A stretch of 62,943 nt of DNA, counting the filler, from Rhabdomonas costata (Eukaryota): NCBI GenBank assembly GCA_019059605.1. It is 40 parts of 40 records of this genome, joined end to end, with 100 filler letters (N's around TTAATTAATTAA, not from the genome) between each part and the next. Parts side by side here need not be neighbours in the genome. Positions count along the whole stretch, not along the records: positions 12,624 to 14,099 come from JAHMHO010014940.1; positions 14,200 to 15,675 come from JAHMHO010014941.1; positions 15,776 to 17,251 come from JAHMHO010014942.1; positions 17,352 to 18,827 come from JAHMHO010014943.1; positions 18,928 to 20,403 come from JAHMHO010014944.1; positions 20,504 to 21,979 come from JAHMHO010014945.1; positions 22,080 to 23,555 come from JAHMHO010014946.1; positions 23,656 to 25,131 come from JAHMHO010014947.1; 32 more parts are not named here. One strand, written 5' to 3'. The notes beneath the pieces are model-generated. The model made no database searches. It saw nothing but the letters and a program-made list of their open reading frames with translations, and was not told where the DNA came from. The translations under genes were made by a program, and so were the position numbers. Of the stretch, positions 12,685 to 25,080 are shown one piece after another (the first letter of the stretch is position 1; every line of letters starts with the position of its first letter).

Positions 12685-14090
12685 TCACTCCAGTCCAGGC
12701 AGTGGGGAATCCTCGGGGAGCTTCCGCTGGCGATTGATGTAGATCTTCACCAGCTTGAGCTGAGAGGAGGACAACCTGCGCAGCCACGGGTTCAGCCCCT
12801 GTTCCAGCACCAGATAGAGGTCCACCAGGCAGAACACCACAGCTTTGCGGACGTCCGGGCTCCTGTGGCGCCCCGTCCACCGCACGGGAAAGGACGCACA
12901 GCCAACAGAACAGACACACACATACACACCACATTCCTTGGCAAATCCCGACCTGCAGCCTCAGCAAATCCGGGGACAACGTGTTCGGTTTATTGGTGCA
13001 AGTTTCAGATTCAAACAGCACCCCAAAAAAGTTCCCCACCGTGGCACAACAAAGGTTCAGGCGAGGCACAGAAGCGAAGGACGAGAATAGTATGGCATTG
13101 CTCCAAAAAACTGCAAACCCAGGCGTGCAGGTTCCGATGTGCTGAGAAGTGAGAGTGAGACTGTAAAGGAATCCTTCACAAATCGGACGCCCTGCAAGTG
13201 ACAGCGGTTGAGGTCAAGACAAAGAAAATCAGATGAAGGCATCGAGACAATAGAAACTGGTGTTCCGACACAATGAATAGCAGTGTCACATTGCTTCAGT
13301 GTTGAGTAGCTAAATGAAACAAAAAGGGTTACCTGTGTCGGAATCCCTCAAAAAGAGCCTCGAAGAAAGTGGGCAGCCGCCTTTCGAGGTAATCCGCACC
13401 AACCCTGACGAGAGAACCCATTTTCAAATAAATTGCGTGCGGAATCTCCGAGAGGGCACGGCAAAAATAGGAAACTGGCAATGTAAGGAATACCAGAGTA
13501 TCAAGACCGGACGAACAACAAAGAAAAAAAATGGAATATTATCAATGGTACAGCCACACGCGCCACCCTTCCTATTTCCAAACACCACCACGGATACCAG
13601 CAGAGCATGGCAAACGTTCGCTCTCTCTATCGGCTCTGTGATTATGCTTCAAGAATGGAGCTGCAGCATGGAAACCTGGAGGCAACTTTCCCCAGCATTG
13701 CGGTGACGACTTGGGGGTGAGCGGCGGAACCGCAGAGCTCCCCCACCACAAACTCGAAGCACTGCCGGGGGTGCAGCCTCCGCATGGCCTCCTCCAGGCA
13801 CTCCTCCGCGCCCAGGCTGACCTCCCGCTCGGGGTGCGCACACCCCCGCAGTACCGTCGAGAGCAGCGCGGCGAGCCTCCCGTTGCACGCACCAGGGTTC
13901 ACACCGATCATCCTCTGAAGCACCTGGAAGGCGTCACGCCGAGCCGAGGGCTCGGGGAACTCCAAGCAGTCCATGGTGTACTCCAATAGAGCAGAAAATT
14001 GCTCGTCTGGCAGAGCGTGGGCATCAGCGGGGCTTTCAGTCAGAAAAGACAGAAAGGCACGCAGGGCAGCCTGTCGGCTGGTGTGATCTC
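12685..14090 (-). CDS. CLASP: CLASP-like HEAT/TOG protein, C-terminal three exons
   Basis: Exons ~14090-13676, 13404-13333 (LPTFFEALFEGF) and 12862-12685 (SPDVRKAVVFCLVDLY...LSSSQLKLVKIYINR), which is the CLASP C-terminal domain signature. All junctions are phase-2 GT-AG. Confidence 0.88.
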
Positions 14091-14688
14091 CACACCACAN
14101 NNNNNNNNNNNNNNNNNNNNNNNNNNNNNNNNNNNNNNNNNNNTTAATTAATTAANNNNNNNNNNNNNNNNNNNNNNNNNNNNNNNNNNNNNNNNNNNNT
14201 GTTGTTGTTCGCACTCGATTCTCACCACTGTTTCACGAATGGCACAAGCGTTCCGTTGGCAGCAAACACACGTTTGCTTGAGAATAGATATGGAGAAAAA
14301 CGACAGGTGTGCCAAGCAGAGAGTAGAAATTATGCTTACAATGTTCGGAAGTGAATACAAATTAAATGAATACACTTAATTCCAATTCGAACTTCATAGT
14401 TGTACAAGAAACTGCGTTGAGCTTACTCATCCCGAGACGAGACTGTCAGACTCCGCATTCTTCGATAAGACCCGACTAAGAGTCAACTTATATCCGAAGT
14501 CGAGCAAGAAAATTCTCAAACCACAACCGGCCCCACTGATAGCGAAGGCAGTAAGGAAGCTGTAGGCGAAAAAGAAAAACAAAACAAACTGCCCTCTACA
14601 ATACGAAATATACCAAAGAAGTATACTTCGTGTCACCGGTCCCGTTAGAAACAGTACCACCTCGCCCCAGGTCAAAAGTCCACAGGGA

Positions 14689-15675
14689 TCAGTGGCAGAG
14701 CAAAATTGATGCCAACCAGGCAAGCCCCAGGGTGGGCACGCGTCTCTGCTCGCACCAGTCCAACACTCCGAGTAGAAAATAGGCCAAATGGATGCCCAGA
14801 AATCGGAAGGGCTCGGGCTCCCACAAAGGAAGCGGGAGGTTCACCCATGGAAGTGCCGTGAGGGCGGTACGTCGTCGCAGGATCAGGTCGGCCAAGGTCC
14901 GCCCGGCGAGATTGGAGGTCGCCAATCCGTCTCCCAGGTACCCACCTGCCCACCCAAGACCTGTGGTGGTGTCGAAGCAGACTCGGGGCAGCTGATCCCG
15001 GGCCATCCCAAGGACTCCACACCAAGAATGAGCCAGAGGAACTCCCCGCGTATCGGGGAAATGGCGGTGGAGCTGCTCCACAAGGCGCTGGATGGTGAGG
15101 AGGTCAGGCTTCCCATCCTCGTCTATGGCGGAGCCAAAGCAGTTTAGAGCCTTGCAAACTCATGGGACCAATAAACGCCTATCTGGCTCAACGTTGGCTC
15201 GCCAAAACTTTAGGAAGAAACAAGACGACCAGAACTGGTTTTTCCTAAAGAAAGAAAGGAAACTTGCAGACCCGAAGATCGTCACCCATTTTTCTGGAGT
15301 GATACTGAAAAGGACCAGAGTGCAGAAATTTCGAGAGAAAGATAAATTAATAGGCGGATTTTGGTCCCAGCAGTCGCGCAGCCCATATGCGATAAGGATT
15401 CCCCCGCCCCCCCATAACAATACGGCCATCCGGGGTTCGGTGGGCATAGCAGTACATGTTACTGAAATCTCCAAGAAGCTCATTGCCATGCCAACCGATG
15501 CGCTCCCACGCCAACTTGGGGAGCGGCTCTGTGATGACCTGCGCGGAGTTCAGGGGGAGTAGCGCCCTCTCTTGCCCGGGAAACCCCGCAGTGAAGCCCT
15601 CGGTGGCTCGAATTACAAACCGTGAGAACACAACACCTCGGTCAGTGTAAACGCGGCCTGGGGCGATGGATTGCA
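14689..15675 (-). CDS. FAD-dependent oxidoreductase (DAO/PuuB-like, bacterial type), two exons
   Basis: Exon 15675-15391: VIRATEGFTA..PLNS..ITEPLP..W..IGW..YAHRTPDGRIVMGGRGNPY. Exon 15140-14689: FGS...HSWCGVLG..RD..GLGWAGGYLGDGLATSNLAGRTLADL..LPWV..WEPEPFR. Confidence 0.9.
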
Positions 15676-15953
15676 NNNNNNNNNNNNNNNNNNNNNNNNN
15701 NNNNNNNNNNNNNNNNNNNTTAATTAATTAANNNNNNNNNNNNNNNNNNNNNNNNNNNNNNNNNNNNNNNNNNNNTGCCCCAGGCAGGAAGTGCCTTTTT
15801 GGATCCTGGCTATCGCCGATCTGGACATATTTGTGTGGTTGAGTGTGAGTAGTGGGCGGAGGGTAAAACCTTCTGATTTAAAAAGACATGAGCACGTCAC
15901 ATGCACGTTATGTGTGACCGTGCGTGTGTGTGTATGTGTGTGTCGCGGATTAG

Positions 15954-16157
15954 GGCAATGCGATTACTCTGGCATTCATTTTGGCTCTGACGACCTACAA
16001 CGGGACTCAGGGCCCGGCAACCTACGTCTCCTCGGCCCCCTCGGGGGGCATACTGGTGTGGAAGGGCGAAGCCGACGCTCTGGTGACGGTCACTATCAGC
16101 CTACCCGATGCTGTTGTGCCCACTCTTTGGGCCACCGTGACTCCCTCCCAGATTCAG
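15954..16157 (+). CDS. Internal exon of an unknown protein
   Basis: AG...GT bounded, 204 nt, open frame with GC-rich codons (GNAITLAFILALTTYNG...). No recognised motif. Confidence 0.5.
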
Positions 16158-17844
16158 GTCTGCCTTGTTACACGAATGGCTTGAACGATTTCTGTGTAAC
16201 TCTTGTAAGTTAGAAGCTGGCAGCCATTTTTTCATTCCCGATTCCTTTTCGTCCACAGTTGTGATCGGTCATCTTCCCCCCCCCCCGGTCGCATTCACGT
16301 TTGCAGGCACATGTGAGAACATTTCATCTGTAAGTTTCGTCTGTTTTTATGCCACAGGGCCCTAGAACGGGTGTCTATACCGTGGCAAAGTTTTAGTTTA
16401 CGTCCCGTGGGAATTCATTTTGGGCCTTTTGGACCTACATACAACTTTTAGTGGATTTTTAGGGAGCCTGCTTGCCTACCACAGATGAGCCTGAACAAAA
16501 TGCACCCCGTTTGCATGGGCGTGCCCTGTTCCAGCATCACTCAAACCACGTTTTCCGCGATTATGTGTGTGCTGGACTTTGGACAATTACGATGTTTCTC
16601 TCTTTACAAAAAAGACAAAACAAGTTTTGGCTGAAACTCATTATTTTTGCACTGTGTACTAGAAGAAGAGGTCTGATGAACCACACAAACCATCCTTTTG
16701 TAGTCACCGTGAAAAGCTCCCAATCGGTACGCATCATTCTTTTGCGTTTCGGAGGTTTCCTGTTTTGCCCTCGTTAGTCCTGACGGACGTGACGAGACGT
16801 GGGTGGGCGAAAGTTTGAGATACCACTAGGTGCATTACAAACGGAGCCACATTTTGTTGATCCCTATTCCCTCACCCCACGGTTTGGGGGTCGCAGGTCA
16901 GCAGTGTGGCGCAGGGCAAAACAGGAAACCTCCGAAACGCAAAATTTTTGCTGCGTTTCTGCGATTAATTGCGCGTGTGGTGTGCGTGCGTGCGAGTCTT
17001 TTCATCATGCACAACACACGAATATTTGGTCATTTCGAGCGTTGGGATCCACCTCAACCCCACACCGCAGCGCCAAAAAAAGTCGAACAGGCAGGAAAGT
17101 TTTTTAAGACGGGCTGTCCACCCACAAGCATGCAGATGCCGGGCAGGGGTGCAATGACCGCGAGTAGTGATTTTGTGCAGCAAGGCCCTAAAGAACCCTA
17201 AAAGCGGTAGGGCCACAAACAAGAAGCCAACAAAGCCCTGTAAAACCAACANNNNNNNNNNNNNNNNNNNNNNNNNNNNNNNNNNNNNNNNNNNNTTAAT
17301 TAATTAANNNNNNNNNNNNNNNNNNNNNNNNNNNNNNNNNNNNNNNNNNNNGTGGTGGGTGTGTGTGGGTGTGGTTTTCCGTAATGTAATATAAGTAATT
17401 TGGGAGGTGAAGAATCACTCCCTTCTCCGCAGCTGGCCCTTCTTCAGAATCTGCTCTAACCATGTCTGCTTCTTCTCATTTCGGTATATTGGTGATCGAT
17501 GCAGGTAGGTTGTGGGGTGCTGGGGGATGCGCTGTCTGCCCTTTGCCGCTCATTTCATCCAGTTGAGGAGTACTGAGTTTCCTGCTTGTCCCCATGTGGA
17601 GATGTTTGCGGAAACCCAGCTGTATCGTTTCCTTCTGAGACGAATAGACGTTGTAATTGGCGCAAATATAAGCACTTGGTTGCCCCACTTTGGAGCTAGC
17701 CACTGTATAGGAGATGGACTGGACATAGCTCCTTATGTTGCTGTCTGAGTGGTCCGCCGCCACCGACCTTTGGACGCCGTGCAGCTCTAACGTCTGGTGT
17801 GACATGGGAGGCAAGGACCCTTTTGGTCTTATCCTCTTGTTTAG

Positions 17845-17928
17845 GCTGGAATGGACGCCTTCCTCAGCAAGCCCGTCTCCCGAGGCCTGCTGCTGCAGGT
17901 GCTGACCCGCTGGCTGCTGGATCGGGAG
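17845..17928 (+). CDS. Response-regulator receiver domain C-terminal exon (hybrid histidine kinase type)
   Basis: AGMDAFLSKPVSRGLLLQVLTRWL matches the GMD.FLSKP receiver signature. AG/GT bounded, 84 nt. Confidence 0.8.
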
Positions 17929-19479
17929 GTCTCTCTACCCACCCGCGGGGAGTTTGTTCTGGCCTCATGCTCCGTAGCCTCTGCCGTCCATCCGGCCCCA
18001 CCCACTGGCCCTATTGGCAGTGCCCCTGGATACATGTTTTCCATCTAAGGGCAATTTGTTCCGGTTTTTGACTGTGTTTGTTCGAAATTGTGCCTGTCAA
18101 ATATGCAGCTTGAAGAGGCCGGTGATGGGGTGACTGAAAAGTGGAGTCGAAAGAACGGAGGGCTGTGCAGCATTTTTGTGCTTTTGTGCTTTTGTGTCGG
18201 GCAAAGTGCATGCTTGTCCGCCCCTGGTATGTCACGCAGCCCACACCCCACCCCGCTCCGAAATTGCGTCTGCCGCTTGGTTTTGCAAGCGCGTGCCTCG
18301 CAACGTGTTTTTGCTTGATGTTTCGTGCCCGTGACCAAGGGCTCAGGACAGGGGGGCGGGAAGGGAACTGAGCGCCGAAAAGGTAAGGATTAAAAGGCGC
18401 TTATATTTGTTCTCCCGTGTATATATACCGTGCTGTGTAGTTGCATTTCTCTGAGGGGTTTTCCCGCAACCTCTTCCACCGACGTTGCCTGATACGGGCA
18501 CTGGCTTTTTTTCGTCGAATTTTGCTCCATCTGAGCGATGGGGTTCGAGTTGCTGGTGGTTCCGCAGAGCTGAAAAATAGTTGTCTTACATATGCGGCAC
18601 ATTTCTAATCACGTACGCATGTACGAAAATAGAAAAGAAAACGGCCCCGATGTGCTGGTCGAAATGCCATGAATCGTGGCAGGATAGCAGTCACGCATAA
18701 AAAAAATAGTTGGGAATGGTGTCTCGTTTAGGAGTTCACTGGATACCGTGCCATCCCTTTGATTGTCCCCTATGTCATGCAGCTGTATATGCGGCATCAG
18801 TTGTGTATCACAACAAATAACCCACAANNNNNNNNNNNNNNNNNNNNNNNNNNNNNNNNNNNNNNNNNNNNTTAATTAATTAANNNNNNNNNNNNNNNNN
18901 NNNNNNNNNNNNNNNNNNNNNNNNNNNGGTGGTTGGTGGCGATCCTTCCAAGTATAGAATCGCATAAACTCGATACGCACTGCCACTCTTGGGTTGCTTG
19001 AATTTTATTCGATGGATAGCAGTGCGTGTGACACGACCTTGTGTGCTTTTTTAGGTGCCTATTGTGTGTGGAGGTGACGGTGGAATTTTGTGAAATGTGT
19101 GTGTAATCTTGAAGCTCGGCAACGGGGCGTTTTTGGGAGCTCTGAAGACTGAAGGGCTTACATGCTTGCATATTACACGTATATGCGGAAATTTCTTGGT
19201 CATTTTGAGCTCCGGTTCTGAGTTCCTTTTGTTTGTGATGGCTGTGGAGATGTTCGTACACAACACCTCCACAACTAAATATACGCACACATGCAACTGC
19301 TTTTCATACTTAACATGGCGGTGTGGGGAAAGAGATGAAGAGAGAGATTGATCAGAAATTCTGGTAAATAGTTTTGTGGTGGGAATGGTGTGAATCTCAA
19401 GCATTTTTTGCTTGGTTTTCAGGCTCTGTTGAATCCATCGCCATTTGCGATCTGGACGAGGTCGACGCATAATCACCTT

Positions 19480-20386
19480 GTTCCACCTTCTCTCGTGCAT
19501 CATTCAGGCATTTGCTCACTCAAGCCCCACAAACCACGCACACCAGCAGCCATTCTTCCCCCGCCACCAGCTTGTGCCGCCGCTGAGGGCTGGCAGCTGC
19601 CCTCCGCACAGAATACCGCACCAAATCACACAAGAGCTGTGATTTACGCTGGTGTGAGTGTATCCCAACACTTCCAGTGTGTTGCGGTATGCCAAGAGAA
19701 CACAGTATTTTGAATGGGGTTAGAGGGTGGATCCAGAGTTAAATGGCGATGCAAGTACGGTGTGATCTGGGTGCTCCTCCACACAGCAAACTTACGTCGG
19801 GTTAGGAGGCGACGCCTACTGTTTTGCTTCTGCCCAAACTCTGCCTCGCCCACCTCCACTATGTGCCACTATGTGCCACTATGTGCCGTGTGCCATATAT
19901 CCCTATCTGCGGTCGGTTCTGCGTCACCTTCGCCTTGAAGTCCGTGCTGAAGATCAAGATAATCTTGCTGAGGGCATCGTTGACCACTCCAAGAACCCAT
20001 GTATGGAACTCAACGACGCCTTGTGCGCCAACAGGTGTGTGTGATCCGTAGCATGACTCGGAAGCTAATGCGTCGTTTTGTCCATTCCGGGGCCGACATA
20101 TGCTTGCTCACGACGTCACTTGTGGTCCGTGACACTTGACGTAAATTCCACCATCGTTGCGTGTGAACAGCTTCAAGTCATTCCTTCCACACTTGGTGCA
20201 AGGCTTTGCCAGGACAATGTTTGCCTCCTGCAGCCAGCGGATCATGTTATTTGTGGTGTCCACAATGGCTTTTTCGTGGCAAAAAACACTGTGTTGGATC
20301 CCATTACCACCGCGCAATTCTCGGGGCGCCATCCGCCCACCAAGAAAACACACGGCTCCTCGTGTGTGTGGATGGTCACGGCGCAC
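19480..20386 (-). mobile_element. Degenerate Merlin/ISXO2-like DDE transposase relic
   Basis: Motifs occur in order across frameshifts and stops: WLQE..L..PCTKCG (Zn ribbon), HIVEVGEAEFGQKQNSRRR (cf. HIVEIDES.FGKRKYNRGR) and AYRNTLEVLGYTHTSVNHS (cf. GY.H.TVNHS). Confidence 0.75.
19856..19887. repeat. 10-bp tandem repeat (CCACTATGTG)x3
   Basis: Seen directly; it frameshifts the Merlin relic just before the first catalytic motif. Confidence 0.9.
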
Positions 20387-21037
20387 ACCCTCACCCCACC
20401 ACCNNNNNNNNNNNNNNNNNNNNNNNNNNNNNNNNNNNNNNNNNNNNTTAATTAATTAANNNNNNNNNNNNNNNNNNNNNNNNNNNNNNNNNNNNNNNNN
20501 NNNGTGGGGTGGGGGTATGACATTGGAATCGAATCGCAGCTTAGCAAAATCGAAGTGAGATAGGAGTCCCTTGTTCACCAGTTTTTTTCAACAGAACAAC
20601 TGGGTGTGATCCATCGCCTTCAACAATGAAACTCGTCAACTTTCGTGGGGGCGTCTCTGAACCAAACCACCTTGATGTTAGGTTTCCGCTGTGTTCGAAA
20701 GCCCCAGAACCCCAGAACGCTAGCCAACTGTGACTGTTGCACACAGAGTCAGTCGGTCCATGTCAAAAGCGAGAGTAAAAAAACAACACCTAAAGTCCCC
20801 CTTTCAGCTGAAAAGTATCAGCGCATTCCAGAAAAAGTGGCCTGAGCTTAGCTTCCGAGCAATAATGTTGAACAAAGGGAGACTTTACATGCTAGCTCGA
20901 AATCCCCTGTAAATCCGAATGGTGGGCAGACACATACATGCAAAATGTAGACCTGCTACCACCTCTGTGGGTTTCCTTAAAGAAGCTTATGATTTATGAG
21001 GTGGGGCTTTTCCTCCACGCCGGTGTCCTTTTCACAG

Positions 21038-21979
21038 CCCCCAGAGGAGTTCGACGATGAGTCCTCCGCCACCTGGACCGTGGAGTCCACCGAAGAGGAG
21101 TACGTCAACCCGTACTACGAGGCTCTTCTGGCATGCGCTTGCGCAAGAGCCGCACAGCCCCCTCACCCTTGTGCAAGATAGATTATTGTGATTTGCGGTG
21201 GGTGTGATTCTAGCCCTTCCGTTTCCCCCAAAAGTCAAAGGCAACCCGCCAACCCGCAAAAAGAAGCAGCATCTTCACAGAAACAACAAACATCCGCATT
21301 AAGAAAAGTGGCCGCACGCACGGCCGATGATTTCGATCGATGTGCGCGGCTTCGTAGAAGCTGTATCGTAACTGCTACGAGGTACTGGTCTGTTCCAGAC
21401 TTGTTGTCATTGCCCCAACTGCTCGTTCGCTCATAAGACGGAGGTGGTCCCATGATGCTGATCACTGTCCAGGAAAAGGCTCACACACAGAAATGGGCGC
21501 CCAACCCCGCATACCCACCAGTACATTTCGGGACGTGTCAGCGCCAATGAGCAGGCTAAGGCCAAATCTCCACCTGCGGGCTGCAGGTGCTTTGCTGTTG
21601 GTTTCGGTGGCCTTCTTGTTCGGAACGGGTTGAGCACATCGGAATCCAGGAAGTTTATTGGCCTGCTATGTCTGACGTGGTCAAACTGTACAGTTCCCTC
21701 CATTCTCATCAAGGTAGAAGGTTGCCAAAAGCCGCTTCACCCCCCCCCCCATACACATGAAAAGATAGCCGCCCCTTGTGGATTGTATGGGTTGGGTTTT
21801 GCTTTGATATGGGTGTTTTTTTCCAGGAGTTGTGGGGGATGGTCTCGCTGACTGTGGACGAGGCCCTGCCCTCGGGGGAGGTGCGGGTGACCCTCCGAGC
21901 GCTTCTCGATCGCTGCTGCGGCGCCGTCGGGCCGAGCCCCCCTGTCTTCACCAGGCAGCTCTCAGGAATCCTCAACTCA
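21038..21979 (+). CDS. Two exons of an unknown protein
   Basis: 21038-21130 (PPEEFDD..YYEALL) and 21827-21979 (ELWGMVSLTVDEALP..). Both have AG acceptors; the first needs a GC donor. Confidence 0.55.
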
Positions 21980-22897
21980 NNNNNNNNNNNNNNNNNNNNN
22001 NNNNNNNNNNNNNNNNNNNNNNNTTAATTAATTAANNNNNNNNNNNNNNNNNNNNNNNNNNNNNNNNNNNNNNNNNNNNGGGTGTGGGGGGGAAGTGGAC
22101 CTCGAGTCCTCCCCAGAAAAAACTCATTCGTGCCAAGTGCACCAAGTGTGTCTGTGTGTGTTTCAAAATCGTGCATGTTGGTCCGCAGCACATGGGGTCT
22201 TGAATGTTATAAGCTGCCTTTAAACAACCTTGTACCGAAAAACAACAACTGAACGAACTGGACCGGGGTAGCTCGAGGTAGACCGCCCGTTTGGGACCCA
22301 TACTTGGTGGGATAGCAATCCTGCTGTGTTAAGTTCCCAGCTTCCCAGTCTCAAAATGACTGGCTCAATGTGGTCGCGCAGTTATGCCCCCCCCCTCCCC
22401 AACTTCTGTTGCACCTGTTCCACCGTCATGGCATTTTCAAAGGCCTGCCTGCATGCTAAGTCTTAACTTTTTGCCTCGTCTGCTCAGTACAGCTAAGGGT
22501 AGAAGCTCAGGAGCAGTTCATGCTGGCATCGGATTGTACCGGAATACTTCGATTTGCCCCCCTCCCCCCGGCCTTTGGGGATTGATGTCATTTTTGTGGT
22601 GGACGCCATGACAAAAAGAGGAATTCATGTTAGTTCACACACCAACTGCTTTGTGTGTATGTGTATGTGCAGAAGCGGAGAGTTGCCATGGCGTGAAGTG
22701 CGCTCTGAAGTCCCCTGTGACCATTCTTATGTCACTTAGCTCCTTATGAGTTGCATTCTGTGACTCATATATCATACCTCGGTGGTTACCGAAGTTTCTT
22801 GTTTTCTCAGAGCAATATCTCGTGACATCAGCATTCATAGAGGATCCTTGCATTCAGCTCCACCCTCAGCCCCATCCCATCTTTCGGCTCTCGTCAG

Positions 22898-23190
22898 ATG
22901 ATCTTCTACTTCACCGCCACGGGGACTGGTGACCTGGACCCTGGGATGGCGGGGTGCCTGGGGAAGGGCTGCGGCAACCTCTTCAAGATCACCAACTCGG
23001 CGCTCAAGGCAACTCCGGTGTACGCCCCAGTCAACGGGACCTGGCAGTGGACCTCGGTGATGTTTCCGACCAACCCCGCAATGGCCCGCAACCTGATTGC
23101 TCCTCCTGGGGACGCCGACACCATCCTGCCCTACATGGTGAAGTTCTCCTGGAGCTTTGCCCTGCTCGTGATCTGCGTGTGGCTCTTCAG
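22898..23190 (+). CDS. Exon of an unknown membrane protein
   Basis: AG/GT bounded with strong GC3 bias; hydrophobic end MVKFSWSFALLVICVWLF. Confidence 0.65.
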
Positions 23191-23737
23191 GTGTGCAGCC
23201 TTCCCGCATCCGGCTTCCGTCTTCTAAGTCAGCGCGTACACACATACACACACACACGTTGCAGACTGATTTGTTCGCATAGGTTCATTTTTCCGGCACA
23301 CCTGTGCGGGAAGGCATTATCACTGAAAATAGGCCGTCCTTCCCTCGCATCCGTGTTGTTCTTTGTAGAGTTGGTGGTACTCTCGAGTTTCCACTCATAC
23401 CTGCCTTATGCTCACTATTCTGAATCAGGGCGAAAGAAATTGTTCGTGCAGCATGGCAGCTGCAGTCTCTCAGAATAGTAGGTTGTGGATATTGTGAGCC
23501 AAAATGGCATATGATGCTATGGCTTCCGCAGGAGACTAAACCAGTCTTACCCGAANNNNNNNNNNNNNNNNNNNNNNNNNNNNNNNNNNNNNNNNNNNNT
23601 TAATTAATTAANNNNNNNNNNNNNNNNNNNNNNNNNNNNNNNNNNNNNNNNNNNNGAGCTGCAATTCAGTTCTCGCCTGAATCGATTTCCTTCTATGATA
23701 AATATCGCGCCTGAAGGACAGCTCCTCACCCCTGCAG

Positions 23738-25080
23738 TTCCCTGTGGAGTTCCAGTGGCAGTACTCCGATCCTGAGCTTGGGGCTTTCCAGATTATTCCT
23801 GCCCAAGGGGTGATACCAGCCTCCGACAAGCTCCACAAGGTAACTTGTCCCGAATCTTCCTGTTTCTATAAACGGGCGCCCATGCTTTTTTCGGGAATTC
23901 ATTGATACTTAGTCTGATTTGCTATGTGTCATTTTGTATTTCCTTGGTTACTGTTGGGGATCGTCACTGCACTGCACAAGTTCCGCAAATTACCAGAAAC
24001 GCTCAAGCAGATGTTTAGGCTGACACTGAATGCAAGTGTTGGGGAGATTGGGACAAGAAGAAGAAGTGGCGATACAGAAAATGAAGGGCGAGAAGACGGT
24101 TGGCTGCCGGGTCAGGTGCCCGTTCTTCTGTTGATGTGGACTGGAATGTGTGTGTGTTTGTGTGTGTGTGTGTGCCGTTTTCAGGGGAGAGTGCTGTGCG
24201 TGGTTAAGTTCTCGCCCAAGGAGCCTGTGAACCACTACCGCCGCGCATACTGCTTGCTGGGAAACACCTACACGGCGCTCTGTGTAGATCTCCTGGGCAG
24301 CGGGTTTGATGAAAAGGTGGCTGTTTCTCGCTGCGCAGCATGCCGCAATCGCTGTCTCTTCCTCCCTCCCCCACCAGCACCACACATGAACACCCCGGAC
24401 ACAGTTGTTGTGTATGTAGGTGGGCTGGGGCGCTTTTTGCTTTTACCAGGAGAACAAGCGGCCCGCTCCCTTCACCCAGAAGCATGTGGACCTGCATTGG
24501 AGCCGACTGAAGCAGGGCTTGCTGAAGATCACTCCAGAGGAGGCGGAGGCGACCTTGAAGGAGCTCGAGAGTTCGGTGTGCGCCTTTTGGGAAACCACTT
24601 AACAACGAAGCCCCATCCCTTGTCAGGATTGCTTGCTCACCTTTTGGTTCGAGAGGAAAAAGGTATGATTGCATATCGGGACCCTTGTTGTCGACTTATG
24701 CGATTTACTCGCAGGGTGATATGGCTTCCATGCAGGCGGGGTCTTTAGCCCTCAGCCCGACGACAGGATCACCCAAAAGCGCGCTTCGGAAGCCTGGCGA
24801 GATCTGGGAGGTGATTGTGATTGTGATGCCGATTACGTCGTTGGAGTCACAAAAAATTTGGTTGCGGTACCCTTTCTGCGTATATTTTGCATCTCGATTT
24901 GCATTTGTACTTGTGTGGTGCTAAAAGAAACCTTCCTCACCTGGTTAATCCGTCCCCAGGCACGACCTGGAGCTCCTGCTTTTCGACTTCTTAGGAGATC
25001 TTTGTCCGACCATCGGACTCTGCGAAGCTTCCGTTTTACCTGGACTATTCCGAGCTGGACTTCTCCACCGTCCCCGCAAG
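23738..25080 (+). CDS. CFAP65: Cilia- and flagella-associated protein 65-like, five exons
   Basis: Exons 23738-23839, 24185-24316, 24450-24575, 24715-24810 and 24995-25080, all phase-consistent. KFSPKEPVNHYRRAYCLL...VDLLGS...RPAPFTQKHV resembles CFAP65 F.P..PINYYRRV.CL...LDLIGT...KPA.L...HL. Confidence 0.78.
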
